A stretch of 64,000 nucleotides of DNA from Octopus vulgaris. Lineage: Eukaryota. Positions 47,881-61,612 of the stretch are shown piece by piece; position 1 is the stretch's first letter, and each line of letters starts with the position of its first letter. The notes beneath the pieces are model-generated. The model searched no databases and was not told the origin of the DNA. It was given only the letters and a program-made list of their open reading frames with translations. A program made the translations under genes and the position numbers. The stretch is taken from the NCBI GenBank assembly GCA_951406725.2, contig OX597821.1:76694001-76758000 (forward strand). The letters are read 5' to 3'.

Positions 47881-50271
47881 TAGAGAAGGTGACTCAATAA
47901 AAACACTGATGGTTGTGTCACCTCAACGCAATTGCACAATTTACATGGGAATAAGAACATCTAAAGTGAGAATAGCAAGAATTCCACCCGGAGTAAACCC
48001 TATGTGCTTGATAGCGGCAGTCCTGTCAAACAAGGAGGATAATATTAACCTCCTGCAGGCTACCGTCACAGAGAATACATATTGGACTGGTCAAACGCTC
48101 AACCTCAGGCTGACCAAAAAATTTTAGAACAGCTCATAGAAATCGTAGAAGTAGGGGAGGAAGTTCTAAATATTTTTGTTGAGGGGCGTAAGCCCCGATG
48201 TTTCCAGTATAGCCAATTGGGTCACATTAAAAAAATATTGTAAAGAAGGAGTAGAAGAATAAGACGGCGGGGAGGAAGAAAGAGAGAGAGAAACTGAAGG
48301 AAAAATAAATAGCAAAAGGAAAATGGAAGGCTCGAACCAGCAAAAGCAGAGCGAGCCGAAACCAAAAAAAAAACAACAAAAAAACAACCAAGAGAGACAG
48401 ACCGAGGAAGGCGGAGGGGGTGATGAACAGAGGAATAGCTGCACTATACAGCAAAAACGAAGATTTAATGCGGGAAATAAAAGCCAAAAAATCAGCAACT
48501 AGATTAATTGAACTGTCAGAGAAATATAAAAACTATGAATTTTATGAATTGGACGAAAAAACGTACAATATGTTGTCTAACACATATAGAAAATTGGTCT
48601 CAACATGGAGACTTGATTTTCACCAATCTATGTTTGAAGGCTTACCATCTCCGACCCTAAGTCAAGAAAAGGTGGAGAGTCCCTCTCCACAGGACGCCCC
48701 GATCTAAAAGGTAAGTCACGTCTATTCACAATGGTTGTATAAATGTTCGTGGTCTGATGTCAAGTTGGAAGTAAGGGCGCTTCCTAAATGACATCAGTCG
48801 AGAAATTTGGATGTAATTGTTGCAACGGAAACCCGGGTGAAGGGGCCAAGAGATCTTCTCCCCATCCCGAGTCTGGCGGGAGGTGGGGTGGGTTGTTGGT
48901 CCTACTAAAAAGAAACCGGGTAGCCGAGAAAAAGTTGGTTTTTTTCAGACCCAGAAGGCAGGTTGGTCGCTCTTGACCTGACATTCAGTTGTGGCAAGAC
49001 AATCAGGCTAGTCGCTATTTATGCACCCAACATTATGGGTCCGCAAAGTGAATATTTTCGTAACCTAGGCAGGTTCCTAGCCACGTCGCATTCGCTAGTA
49101 TTGTTAGGCGACTTTAACGCATTATATGATGGACACACAGATTGTGTTGGTTCGAACATGAACAGAAAATGTAACCCAGGCTTGTGGGATCTGCTAAGTC
49201 ACTTTCAGCTAGCAGATCCATATAGGTTGGAACACCCGAACACTCCACAGGGGACGTGGTCAAATAGTGACGGGCCTTCCAGAACATATCTAGATAGGAT
49301 TTTAATTAGAGAAACAGATAAATCCACAGTCGAGTGCCCACAGATTTTTCTAGTCAGCTACAGTGACCACAAGATGGTTACCTCTAAACTGACGGTAAAT
49401 AAGTTGCATAGTCAGGGATCTGGCTACTGGAAACTCAATACGTCCCTTTTGGCGATTGAGGAGTACAGAAAGCGGATCAAGATGTTTATACAGAGGGCAT
49501 TAACAGGTACCCATAATTAATAACAAATGGTGGGACGCCCTAAAAAGAGCCATCAAATATGAGTCTATTAGGTTTAGCATAAGTTTAATTAAGAAGGGAC
49601 GTAGAATAGGAAATGGTCTAGTTAAGGAATTAGAAGACGCCTGGAGGACTGGTAATGCAGACCAAGTGAAGGTGAAGAGACTGGAGTTGAACCAGCATCT
49701 TGAAACCCAACACATGGGAAGTATTGCCTAAGCTAAGTTACGTGCGTTGGGAAGTGAAGGAATCAAAGCTGCTGGATGGGCCCTAGTAGTGGAAGCTCGG
49801 CAAGGAAATAATTCCACTATTCGGTCTTTGACGAATCAAAATGGTGTCTTGGTAAACGAACCCGAGAAAATGTGTGAGGCCTTTCTGGAGTACTTCGCCC
49901 AGCTGTTCGGGGGTGACGGCGGTCCTGGTGGTGGGAGAGCCCTCGAGGACTTTCTTGCCGGGCTGCTGTGTCTCTGTGGGTCGGATGCGGAGTCTTGCGA
50001 AGGGCCAATCACGCCTGTGGAGGTGATGGCCGACTGTAAAGCGGGTAAGTTGCCGGGACTTGATGGTCTTCCGTACGAGCTGTATAAATGTATGCCAGAT
50101 TGAAGTCGTCGCTTCATTTGTGTTGTCCTTGTATTGTTAATTTCATTCGATTTTCTGTATATTGTATTTAATTTTTAAAAGTCCCATTTTATGTAAAATC
50201 ATATCGCTTTACTGATCCCATCAGTTGTTCTGTCCATTTCTATGTTTAGCCCCCGGTGGGCAATAAAAAAA
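47650..50271 (+). mobile_element. Decayed Tx1/L1-clade LINE: ORF1 with zinc knuckle, APE endonuclease, RT deleted, 3' tail retained
   Basis: ORF1 EGRKPRCFQYSQLGHIK; EN motifs INVRGL, VAIYAPN, LLGDFN, TW, YLDRIL, SDH, GYWKLNTSLL; PGLDGLPYELYK, then a jump to the 3' UTR. Confidence 0.9.
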
Positions 50272-51863
50272 TTGATATTTCGTCTGCCGTTACGTTCTGA
50301 GTTCAAATTTCGCCGTGGTCGACTTTGCCTTTCATCCTTCCGGGGTCAATAAATTAAGTACCAGTTGCGTACTGGGGTCGATCTAATCGGACTGACCCCC
50401 CACTCACCCAAAATTTCAGGCCTTGTGCCTAGAGTAGAAAAGAATGAAGAATCGTTTGTTACCGCGCCCGCCAAAATGCTTAGCGCTATTTCTTCCGACT
50501 TTACATTCAGAGTTCAAATGCCGCCGAGGTCGACTTCGCCTTTCGTCCTTTCGACGTCGATGAAATAAGGGTACCAGTTGAACACTGGGGTCGGTGTGTG
50601 TAATCGACCAGCTCCCGCCACCAAAATTGCTGGCCTTGTATCAAATGTTGAAACCGATCATTTCTAACACAGACAAAAAAAAATAACAACAACAAATGTT
50701 TGAGAAGTGGGTTAGTTGATAAAAATGGCCCCAATTCCTCACTAGAACCTTGTTTTTATTGACACTGCAAGAAGAAGGCAAAGTTGTCCTCGGTGGGGAT
50801 TGAACTCAGAGCAGAGCGTTTAGCCTTCCAGCCCAGCCATTCTATAGAGAAGACAAAACAGACAGAATACCTCCCTGAAAGTTGGTAGACTCAGACTTGC
50901 AGGAGCAGAGGGGTGGGTAATTGAACCAATCTCTTTTATTAAAGTAAACATCTTAACAAAAATTAGGATATCAGATACACTTTGCCGTCGTCGTTCACTT
51001 TCTCTCTGTCTTTCTACCACTTGGCCTTCGATCCCACTAATTTAATTGCGTTTATTAAGTTTAGGTTAATGATTACGTCTAATTAATATGAAGGAATTTG
51101 AGCATCGCCTCGTGACGCAAGAACGATGTGTCGTACATTCACTCTTGCTATGGTGCAAACATGCCTGAAGCGCTAAGTTCGTTTTCGCCAGTTAATAGCT
51201 TATCACAGGCAGATAGCAATAGCAGAAGAAATCCATGAGATTAGGAATTAAAAAATGCATCAGAATTTGGTAAAAGAAAAAAAGTTGTTTATTTATTTTT
51301 CTCTCTTTGTTTATTGTCCACCCTAAAAGAAAAAAATTAAATTAAAATCAGTGTTTTTTGAAATTCTTATCTAATGACTTCATAGTTAAGAGATAACGGT
51401 TAATATGTGTGTGCGTGCGTGTGTGTACGTGTGTGTGTGTGTGTGTATGTGTGTGTGTGTGTGTGTGTGTGCGTGTGTGTGTGTGTAGGAGTGTGTGTGT
51501 GCGTGTGCACCTGAATGCACTGATAAATAAAGGTCCTCTTGGCGGCAGAATGCAAACAGCAATGGTCGCTCGTTATACGCGAACACACATATGCACACAT
51601 ACGCACATATGTATATGTATATATATATATATATAGAGAGAGATATATATACTTATGTATGCATGTATGTATATATATACTTATGTATGAATGTATGTAT
51701 ATATGCTGAGTATGTGTTTGCATGTGTGCATATTTATTATATATTATCCAGATAAATTGAGATTCAGCTAAATGACGACAGATAATGCATATCATATATT
51801 GTGGCTTGGATATGTACATGTACGATTCATGTGTCTCTATGTCAGTTTCTGTGAGTGTGTATG

Positions 51864-51895
<32 letters not shown>

Positions 51896-51917
51896 CATAC
51901 ATACACATATATTTACA

Positions 51918-51961
<44 letters not shown>

Positions 51962-52075
51962 TATATACATATGTACATGCATACATAGATATACATTTAT
52001 ATATATAACATACATATATACTTACACATAAACACACATATATACGTATGTATGTATGTATGCATGTATGTATGC

Positions 52076-52115
<40 letters not shown>

Positions 52116-52172
52116 ATGTACATATATATGCATGTAATTATATATGTGTGTATGTATATATGTGTGTGTATG

Positions 52173-52210
<38 letters not shown>

Positions 52211-52321
52211 CACATGTCCTATCGTATCGGTATCAACATTGCTAACTCAACCTTAAAGTCGGGCATGTTGTCTCTGTGCGATTTCGCTGTTACATCGAAA
52301 TAGGATATACATGCATTCATG

Positions 52322-52405
<84 letters not shown>

Positions 52406-52883
52406 TTGTACAGTCGTTGTTTTTATATTTAATTCTACATTAAGTCTTCACATCGTTTAAGTTTTCAGTCATCCCGCGTGGAACCGTCGCCAAACCTGAT
52501 AACGAAATTAATGGCACACGTAAGACATGCGTCTGTAATTGGTCGAGGACCGGTTGGGGACAAAGAAATACGTCGCATACAGGCACTTTTGTTTTTGTTT
52601 TTTTGGGGGGGGGCATGTTGCTGTTTCATATTATTGCTTTATTTTTTATATTATAATCATTTTTTTTTCTTTTTTTAGTTTTCTGATTCTTCATTTAATT
52701 AGCTTCGTGTAGAATTTTTGTTTTGAAAATATTCTTAAAATGTCTTACATGCGCGTGCACATACATACATACATACATACATACATTGGCGCAGGCTAAA
52801 AGGTTGGCTTCTCAACCACATGGTTCCAGGTTCAGTCCCACTGTGTGCAACCTTGGGCAAGTGTTTCCTACTATAGCCTCAGG

Positions 52884-53459
52884 TCTATGGAACTCAGAGC
52901 TGTTTGCATTTAACCAGACTACATCTCACAATAGTTTTGTAGCATCAGTGCTTGTACCAACATCTGGGAGACTGGACTGGACCCTCGGCGAGATACGCAG
53001 CCTGAACATTAAAACCAGAAAAGTACTGACCACCACTAGCAAATTCCACATTAACAGTGATACCGATAATATGTATGAGAAATGAAGTGATGGTGGTAGA
53101 GGTATAAGAGCAGTCTGAACAGCCCTTGAATATCGCATTCTAATCACTCAGACGACGCTTGCTGAACAATGAAGAAAGAAATGAGTACATTCTTTTTATA
53201 CTTAAAAGTGAGAGCAACAACATCTTCAGGGTTGGAGAAGAACTACTGAGCAAGTATTCTGAGAATACAGCCGTTTCATGCAACCCAAAGGAAGCTGGAC
53301 TGGCCTATCTAAACAGAAGCTCGGAGGAGAAGCAAGCACCATACCAACAGAAAGCAATGCATAGGTATACAGGGTGACAGGAAGGGTAGCCTCTCCGGGA
53401 CCTGCAATAGATGCATTACATCCGGGACCTGCAATAGATGCATTACATCCTTCCTAAAA

Positions 53460-53499
<40 letters not shown>

Positions 53500-54345
53500 T
53501 CGCTATCCAGGAACAGGAAATAGTTACTAAATCCCTGATAAACAAGAGGGACAAAGATACCACCAAACCTCCACGTTGTGATATAAAAAAAAAATGTCGG
53601 CTTTGTTACACCAGTGGGGAAATTTTCAGCCACATCAGCGGTAGCTGCGCCAAAATGTCTACGAGATACTATCTGCCCCTAAGGCATGACATAGTTGCAA
53701 AAACTATTTATAATACTACCCGCAGGAAAGACAGCCCTGACACATACATCAAAGGTACGTCAGAATCAGCATGTGTTCATGACTTAAAAACAAGGAATAT
53801 TTGTGAAAGATCCCAGTAAAACATCAATTCGGTGCAAACATAACAGACCTGATATTGTTCTGTGGGACAGGCAACAAAAGATCTGCAGTGTTGAAGAGGT
53901 CAACTGCCCAGCAGATGTGACTGGACAATCAACAGACCCAGGAAAAGGAGAACATTTAAGGCGAATTGATGTAGAACTTACAGCTCGTGTACCCTGACTA
54001 TGAATTCTCATTTGTACCTCTCGTCATAGGTGCATTAGGTTATGTACCAACAAATTTGCACAAAATCTTAGAAATACTCGGCTTCACGGAAAAGAAGCAA
54101 AAGGAATTGACGCGGATTCCCTAAACCCAATCGAGTAGTGGCACAGTGAAGATCTGTAAAACATTCCAAAAATTCACCATGTGAGATTCTTATGTGAATA
54201 GACGCACACACTTTGGTGTATGCATCGACAGTTCAACCAGCACACCAACCCGACCACATATTTCAAACACCCGGAACTATCTTAACTAAAAAAATCGTGT
54301 CGCTTTGATAGCAACCGGCTCACATTGAATTGAACTAAAAAAAGA
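52884..54345 (+). mobile_element. R4/Dong-type (RLE) non-LTR retrotransposon 3' part
   Basis: GGRGI, FAIQEQ, CRLC...HI..SC (CCHC), RHDIVAK, HNRPDIV, VIGALG; ends in (CATA)n. Confidence 0.88.
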
Positions 54346-54435
54346 AATCATACATACACACATACATACATACATACATACATACATACATACATACATA
54401 CATACATACATACATACATACATACATGCATACAA

Positions 54436-55085
54436 ATAAGAACCCATAGTCATTCTTAATAAAAAAGGAATACTGGCGGAATGCCCCAGTGAAGACCTCA
54501 ATAAAATGTCTTACAACAGACCTGATATAAGGATTTGGGATAGAAAAGAGAAACTGTGTACAGTTGTGGAAATTAGCTGCCCAGAGGAGGTTAGCATAAA
54601 GCTGAAGATCAGTGAAAAACAGAATACCTATGTTGAACTATTGAAAAATCTGCAGTTACTCTCTCCAGATTACAAGTTCAGATTCATACTTGTAATTTTG
54701 GATGCGCTGCGAAATGTAACAGACGGCCTAAATACCAATCTTGAGAAATTAGGTTTCTCAAAACAAGAAAAGAGAAAGCTAATTCAAAGACTAGAGATCC
54801 AATCCATCACTGGAACTGTAAAAATCTGTAAAAACTTTCCAGAAGTTTATCATTTAAAATATATATGAGCATGTCTAGATAAGCAACTATATGCACGAGA
54901 ATACATACATAAAACATACAAATTTGCACATACATACATACATACATACATACATACATACATACATACATACATACAAAAATACCCAGCTGTTGATGTT
55001 CAAATTCCAGTGAAGGAGCCTTGGATCTAGGTTAGAAACCGACACTTTCTCTATTGGCAAAAAATCTTGAAATAAAACAATAACA
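54436..55085 (+). mobile_element. Second RLE non-LTR 3' fragment
   Basis: YNRPDIRIWD...VVEISCP...K..TY..L; flanked by (CATA)n. Confidence 0.85.
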
Positions 55086-55960
55086 TGCATATATATGTAT
55101 GCATGCGTGCGTGTGTGTATGTGTGTGTGTGTGTGTGTGTGTTTTCTCACAAAACTGCTTGACAACCGCCTTTAGTCGAACAACTCGACCCCAGGATTTA
55201 TTCTTTGTAAGCCTTGTACTTACTCTATCGGTCTCTTTTGTCGAACCGCTAAGTTACGGGGACATAAACACACCAACATCGGTTATCAAAAGATGGTGGG
55301 ATACAAACACAGACACACAAATACGCACACACACACACCCGCGCGCACCCCCACCCCCCGCGCGCATACACACGCATGTATATACTACGGGCTTCTTTCA
55401 GTTTCCGTCTACTAAATCCACTCTTAAGGCTTTGGTCGGCTCGACGCCATAGTAGAAAACACATGCCCAAGGTGCCATGCGGTGGGACTGAACCAGGAAC
55501 CATGTGGTTGATAAGCAACCTTCTTACCACACAGCCACGCCTTCAGTCATTGGATTGCAGCCGTGCTGTAATTCCGCCTTTAAAGGAATTACAACCGTGT
55601 CTCGTGGTCTGCTATCACAACAGCTCCTTTATAGGATCCAGTTAGCTCAAGACATCATCAGGAAGAACCACGTCCGGTTTCGGCCCCTACTCCTCTACCG
55701 TTTTGACGCGACGCCCCACCCCTTTTGGAGGTGTCTTCAGCTCTGGTGTTGGGTGCATGTCTTCTTTCTTCTGTTCCCTGGCCTCTTCGATGTATCGTTA
55801 GCGAGTGTCAGCCGGTCGAACAAATCAACCCCATAACTTACGTATTTTAAAGTCCTGTCCCAATTGCCGAACCGCTAAGTTACTTGGATGTAAACAACCC
55901 AATAATGGTTGTCAAGCGACAGTGAGCGGGAAAGCAGATGTAAGACAAACAGACGAACAC

Positions 55961-56019
<59 letters not shown>

Positions 56020-56417
56020 ACAACACACATGCACACACACACACATACACACATTCAACGTGTATCTTTCAGTTTCCGTCCAGCAAATCCACTCACAATG
56101 CATTGGTCGACACGGGGCTATTGTAGAAGGCACCTGCCCAAAGTGCTGCGCAGAACCAAGGTAACTAGAATGTGTGGCGCTCTGGACCCCACAAAAAACA
56201 CTAATCGCCTACTGCAGACCCAAAAGTGGGGTTCCTTTAAAAGAGCCGCCCGGCACGAAGCGCCCCTGCGGCACCCCACATCCAGCTACGCTAGTGCCGT
56301 GCAGTAGGATTGACCCAGAAACGACGTGGTTGCTAATCAAGCACCCTCACCACACAGCCACATCACTTTATTTGTTTCTGTTGCTGTTGGGTAACTTCGC
56401 TTCTTGAGATGTTTATC

Positions 56418-56744
56418 TGCAATAAAATGATATTATTGTATGTATGTGTGTATGTATGTATGTATGTGTGTGTATGTATGTATGTATGTATGTATGTATG
56501 TATGTATGTGTGTGTATGTATGTATGTATGTATGTATGTATGTATGTATGTATGTATGTATGTATGTATGTGTGTGTATGTATGTGTGTGTGTATGTATG
56601 TATGTATGTATGTATGTATGTTTGTATGTATGCATGTATGTATGTATGTGTGTGTGTGTATGTATGTATGTATGTATGTATGTATGTACACAAAATGTAC
56701 CTTCGTATAAGTGTATATGCATGCGTGTATGCATGTATGTATGC

Positions 56745-56785
<41 letters not shown>

Positions 56786-56872
56786 TACATAGATATATAT
56801 TTGTATATACATATACTATATATATATATATATATGCATACATACATATATATATGTATATATGTATGTATG

Positions 56873-56925
<53 letters not shown>

Positions 56926-56946
56926 CGTGCTCACACACACACACAC

Positions 56947-56977
<31 letters not shown>

Positions 56978-56995
56978 TGTATGTATGTATGTATA
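56418..56995. repeat. Compound (TATG)/(TG)/(TA) microsatellite; similar tracts at 4310-4600, 45325-45905, 51405-52402, 61370-61610
   Basis: Direct inspection. Confidence 0.95.
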
Positions 56996-57450
56996 ATCTT
57001 CGCTGCACTTTGCAGCACGGAGCCCTAATATATCACGTGATTGCTTGCCATTCGGCCATTCACTGATTCTGGAGACATTCAGCAGATATGGCGGATCATT
57101 AACCGAAATGTCTTTCGTCTGTCCGATAAACTCCGAATGCTGCACGTTGCATCCGTCAGCCAGCATTAATTACAGCGGAACTGTCACGGCAGGAATATAG
57201 CAACACAGTTATAATTAGGCGCAGGCGTGGCTGTGTTGTAAGAAGCGTGCTTCCCAACCATATAGTTCCGGGTTCAGTCCCACTGCGTGGATCCTTGGGC
57301 AAATGTCTTCTACCAAAAATTTTGTGAATTTGAAATTTTATTAACTATCGCAGTCTGCAGGGCGTTTTTGCATTATATATGTATTACATATGTAATATAT
57401 GTGTATTATATAGGCGCAGGAGTGGCTGTGTGGTAAGTAGCTTGCTTACC

Positions 57451-59541
57451 CGCGCATGCGTGTTGGTGTTTTGCTTCAACACTTGAACAAGGAGGACATG
57501 AGCTAATGCGCTCCCTCCTAAAACTGAAAATTAAGAAGTCCGTCGAGGTAGGTGATTTTCTTTGTTTTGAACTGGGCGTGATTTATTGTTTTGGAATATT
57601 TTTTCAGTAAATTTCGCCCAGCTCTGGGACAATTTCGCCTGCTCTTGGCGGCTATTGTGATTCTTGCTTGTAGAAAAAATGTTGGGGGCGTATCCTCGCC
57701 CAAAAATTGAAGTTTGTTCCAGTCATTGAACATTTTTGTGGCCCATTGTGGCGAAGATTCGTCTTCTGTGGATTTAAGATTCCAGCTCGGAGTACCAGCC
57801 AAAGAAGAGGGTCAAGAGTACCTGCGGCCGAAATTGAGTAGTTGCCATTTGGAACCATATTTTTATTTCTTCCGTGTTTTTCCTTCTGTATTTTTTTATT
57901 GTCCTTTTTGTTTTCTTTGGCTTAGTTTTTTACTGTCTATTTTTTCGTTTGTACATTTTTTCTTTTTTCTAGTGTATTTCTATTTTTGCGGACATTTGAA
58001 CTTTCTCCCTCATGGCGATAAAGAATGGTGCCGCTGCTTTGGAGAGGGAGATTGTCCCACCCAAGCAGTGGTTAAAGGATATGGAGGAGAGAACAATGGT
58101 GGTTAGAACTTATTCTGAAGTTCTTGATACCATAACTGTCTTCCCAAAACCAGTTATAGAAAATGAACTGAAAGACTATTTGTCCTCTGCGAAATGCATA
58201 TCCCGCGGTGTCAAGCATGCAACCGTATGGTTGCTGTTTGACACCCTGGAGAAGGCTTGCAATTTCGCGAGTTAGCCCTTGGAGGGCAACGAAATTCTGT
58301 TCTTCCCGTCGTACTGCGGGAGGAAATTAATAAGAGCCTGGGTATGTGGATTACCCCCGGGCACCGAGTCGGGTTGGATTGAAGATACTATCCGACGGGG
58401 ACTGGGGGATAGCGGGCCCAGGCTCTTAAATGTAAGGGTATTGACGGCGGTCGATTGGGAAGGGTCAAAAGCGATTTTGACCCTGTGGATCCTATCGGCC
58501 GCAACAGATATGGTTTTTCCAGATTTTTTTTAAATGGCTGGCTGCAGGTATCCGATGCTACTTGAGGGACGTCCCTCCAAGTGTCACTCGTGCATGCAGC
58601 CAGGCCGCATTAAAAAGAACTGCCCCCAGGACCATGGTAAGGGCCTGGAACAGTCACTGGATGCCACCTCCCCTACCCGGAAGCTGAAGCCTCCTCAACC
58701 CAAAAAGGATTAAAAAGGAAGAAGGTGGGCAACAGTGGTTGCCCGCCGAAAGACCCTAAGGCTTTGGGAGGTGGGGGAGAGACTCCGGACAAAGCGGAAG
58801 AGCTCCACTCTCCCGAAGTCCGGAAGAAAAGAAAGAAAGAAAGAAAGAAAGAAGAACGGGTCATTGCAGGTGGGAGATGATGTGCCGTCTGCATGTCCCG
58901 AAGTTGTGCCACCCACGGTGGAAAAAACGACCCCCTACCTTAAAGATGATGAATTAATTATCTTTTTCTACAAGGAGGTGGAAAAAATAGTAGAACATAG
59001 AGACAGTAGATATACCCTTCACACGGGATCCCGAATGGCCTCCGCAGATAGCTGTGGAGGTTTCCCTTGTGAGGCTTAAATGATTTGGGGAGGAGTGTCG
59101 CATATGGCCGGGTGGCCCTTACACGACTTACAAATCCTACATGAGTGAGGCATGGGAAATCGCGAGACACAGGAACCCAAGCGGCATTGAAGATAATGAT
59201 GGATATATTGATGGATATATCGATGAGTAGGAGGTGAAAAAGCCTCGTTAGAGGGTTTGAAACCTCATCTTATTGTATTATTTGTAGCGGTTTATAACCT
59301 CAATTGTGTGTTTAAAAAAAACATGTTAAGTAAGAAGTTTTAGTGCCTCCTTCTTGCAAGAAGTTTGAAATCATATTGATTTTTTAAAAAAGAAAATGTT
59401 TTCGAGAAAAATCCAATCGGTGAGTATTGGGTTTCGTCTCTCATTTATTCATTTTATTTCATTTTCGTTCATTAATGTGTTTGTCCAGCCGGCAAAGCTA
59501 CACTCTCTTTGTACTGTCTTCATGACAAATTTAATGAAATA
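57451..59541 (+). mobile_element. ORF1-only (HAL1-like) non-autonomous retroelement with 16-bp TSD
   Basis: Disrupted ORF1 from 58012 with EGRPSKCHSCMQPGRIKKNCP knuckle; no EN/RT motifs recognised; ends AATAAA; TSD aagtagcttgctt(a/c)cc. Confidence 0.8.
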
Positions 59542-59820
59542 AAGTAGCTTGCTTCCCAACCACATGGTTCCAGGTTCAGTCCCTCTATGTAGCACCCTGC
59601 TATAACCTCGGGCCGAATAAAGCCTTATTCAAAACATTCCTCTTTACAACTGGATCGTGCTTACCAAACTCAGGAATCTCCCACTCACTCCAAGATATAC
59701 CTCTGACGTTTGAAGCCCATCACTGCTGTGTGTCCCATTCCAACAAGCTTTCTCTTACACTCCCAATATATCTAAAGAATGGAGATAACTATTAACAAAC
59801 GATGTTCTCAAATACCTCGA

Positions 59821-59821
<1 letters not shown>

Positions 59822-59869
<48 letters not shown>

Positions 59870-59917
59870 TCATTCCTTCTTTCTTCCTTTCTTCCTTCCT
59901 TCCTTCCTTCCTTCCTT

Positions 59918-59961
<44 letters not shown>

Positions 59962-60365
59962 TCCTTCTTTCTTCCTTCCTTTCTTTCCTTCTTTCTTTCT
60001 TTCCTTCCTTCCTTCCTTCCTTCCTTCCTTCCTTCTTTCCTTTCTTTCTTTCTTTCCTTCTTTCCTTCTTCTTCCTTTCTTTCTTTCTTTCTTCTTTCCT
60101 TCTTTCTTTCCTTCCTTCATTCCTTCCTTTCTTTCCTTCTTTCTTTCTTTCCTTCCTTTGTCCTTTCTTTCTTTCCTTCCTTCCTTCCTTCCTTCCTTCC
60201 TTCTTCCTTTCTTTCTTTCTTTCCTTCTTTCTTTCTTTCTTTCTTTCATCTTTCCTTCTTTCCTTCCTTCCTTCCTTCCTTCCTTCCTTCCTTCCTTTCT
60301 TTCTTTCTTTCCTTCCTTTGTCCTTTCTTTCCTTCCTTCCTTCTTTCTTTCTTTCCTTCTTTCCT

Positions 60366-60401
<36 letters not shown>

Positions 60402-60501
60402 TCCTTCTTTCTTTCCTTCCTTCCTTCCTTTCTTTCTTTCTTTCATTCCTTTGTCCTTTGTCCTTTCTTTCCTTCCTTCCTTCCTTCCTTCTTTCTTCCT
60501 G

Positions 60502-60549
<48 letters not shown>

Positions 60550-60555
60550 TTCCTT
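59822..60555. repeat. (CTTT/CCTT)n polypyrimidine tract
   Basis: Direct inspection. Confidence 0.97.
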
Positions 60556-60886
60556 TGCGAATTCCAATATATCACTACTATAATGACGGAACTAAATTAC
60601 CTTGGGATGCCATCCGCATGAGAGACAAACAGTTAAGTGCTAACATACTTAATGGAATATCACAAGTCACAATCCACGGAAATGAACGGTTGTCGTTTTA
60701 GTAAGTTCGCTTGTTTTAATGTTCTTCCTGTTCAATTTCCGTCGAGTTTACATTTCTTCCGTGCCTGTTGATACCGTGTATCGCTCTGTTACGGCGCAGA
60801 CATGTAAATAAAAGAGTAAAAAGGGCAAGTGCAGGGAAGGGGGGAAGGTGGTGCATGCATTTGTTTCTTTAACATGTTGACCTATA

Positions 60887-60904
60887 GAAGAAGAAGAAGA
60901 AGAA

Positions 60905-60949
<45 letters not shown>

Positions 60950-60992
60950 AGAAGAGGAAGAAGAAGACGAAGAAGAAAGAAGAGGAAGAAGA

Positions 60993-61023
<31 letters not shown>

Positions 61024-61223
61024 AGAAAGAAGAGGAAGAAGAAGAAGAAAGAAGAGGAAGAAGAAGAAGAAAGAAGAGGAAGAAGAAAGAAGAGGAAGAA
61101 GAAGAAAGAAGAGGAAGAAGAAGAAGAAAGAAGAGGAAGAAGAAGAAGAAGAAGAAAGAAGAGGAAGAAGAAGACGAAGAAGAAAGAAGAGGAAGAACAA
61201 GGAGAGGAAGAAGGAAGAAGAAG
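60887..61223. repeat. (GAA)n-based polypurine tract with higher-order repeats
   Basis: Direct inspection. Confidence 0.97.
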
Positions 61224-61368
61224 ATGATATAAAAACAAAAATAAAAGACTACCAATTTCCTACGCTAGAAATTCGTTTGAAGTTTGCCGTGTTTAAAGCC
61301 ACAAATACGCCAAGTACGAAGACTGTAAATTGATGGCGTGTTTACCGTAACAGAAATGGGGAAACCGT

Positions 61369-61411
<43 letters not shown>

Positions 61412-61563
61412 TGCGTGCGTGTGTAAATGTGTGTATGTATGTGTGTGTGTGCGTGTGTTTGTATGTGTGTGTGTATGTGTGTGCGTGTGTTTGTATGTGT
61501 GTATGTATGTGTGTGTGTGCGTGTGTTTGTATGTGTGTTTGTTTGTGTGTGTGTGCGTGTGTT

Positions 61564-61612
<49 letters not shown>

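Noticed and set aside
48963-49520. 185-aa ORF as a host endonuclease gene
   Set aside because: APE domain of a LINE ORF2 with flanking stops and frameshifts.
56363-57166. Overlapping MYVC/HTYI ORFs (also 4249-4870, 45228-46177, 51386-52303, 61293-61689)
   Set aside because: Microsatellite translations, open in several frames at once.
57030-57200. Unique, relatively GC-rich islands (also about 51000-51240, 52470-52580) as exons or ncRNAs
   Set aside because: No convincing splice sites, ORF or RNA motif; cannot be supported without conservation data.
59755-61255. ORFs of 110-299 aa (KER-rich, SFFL-rich, poly-R/K/E)
   Set aside because: Translations of purine/pyrimidine simple repeats that lack stop codons by composition.
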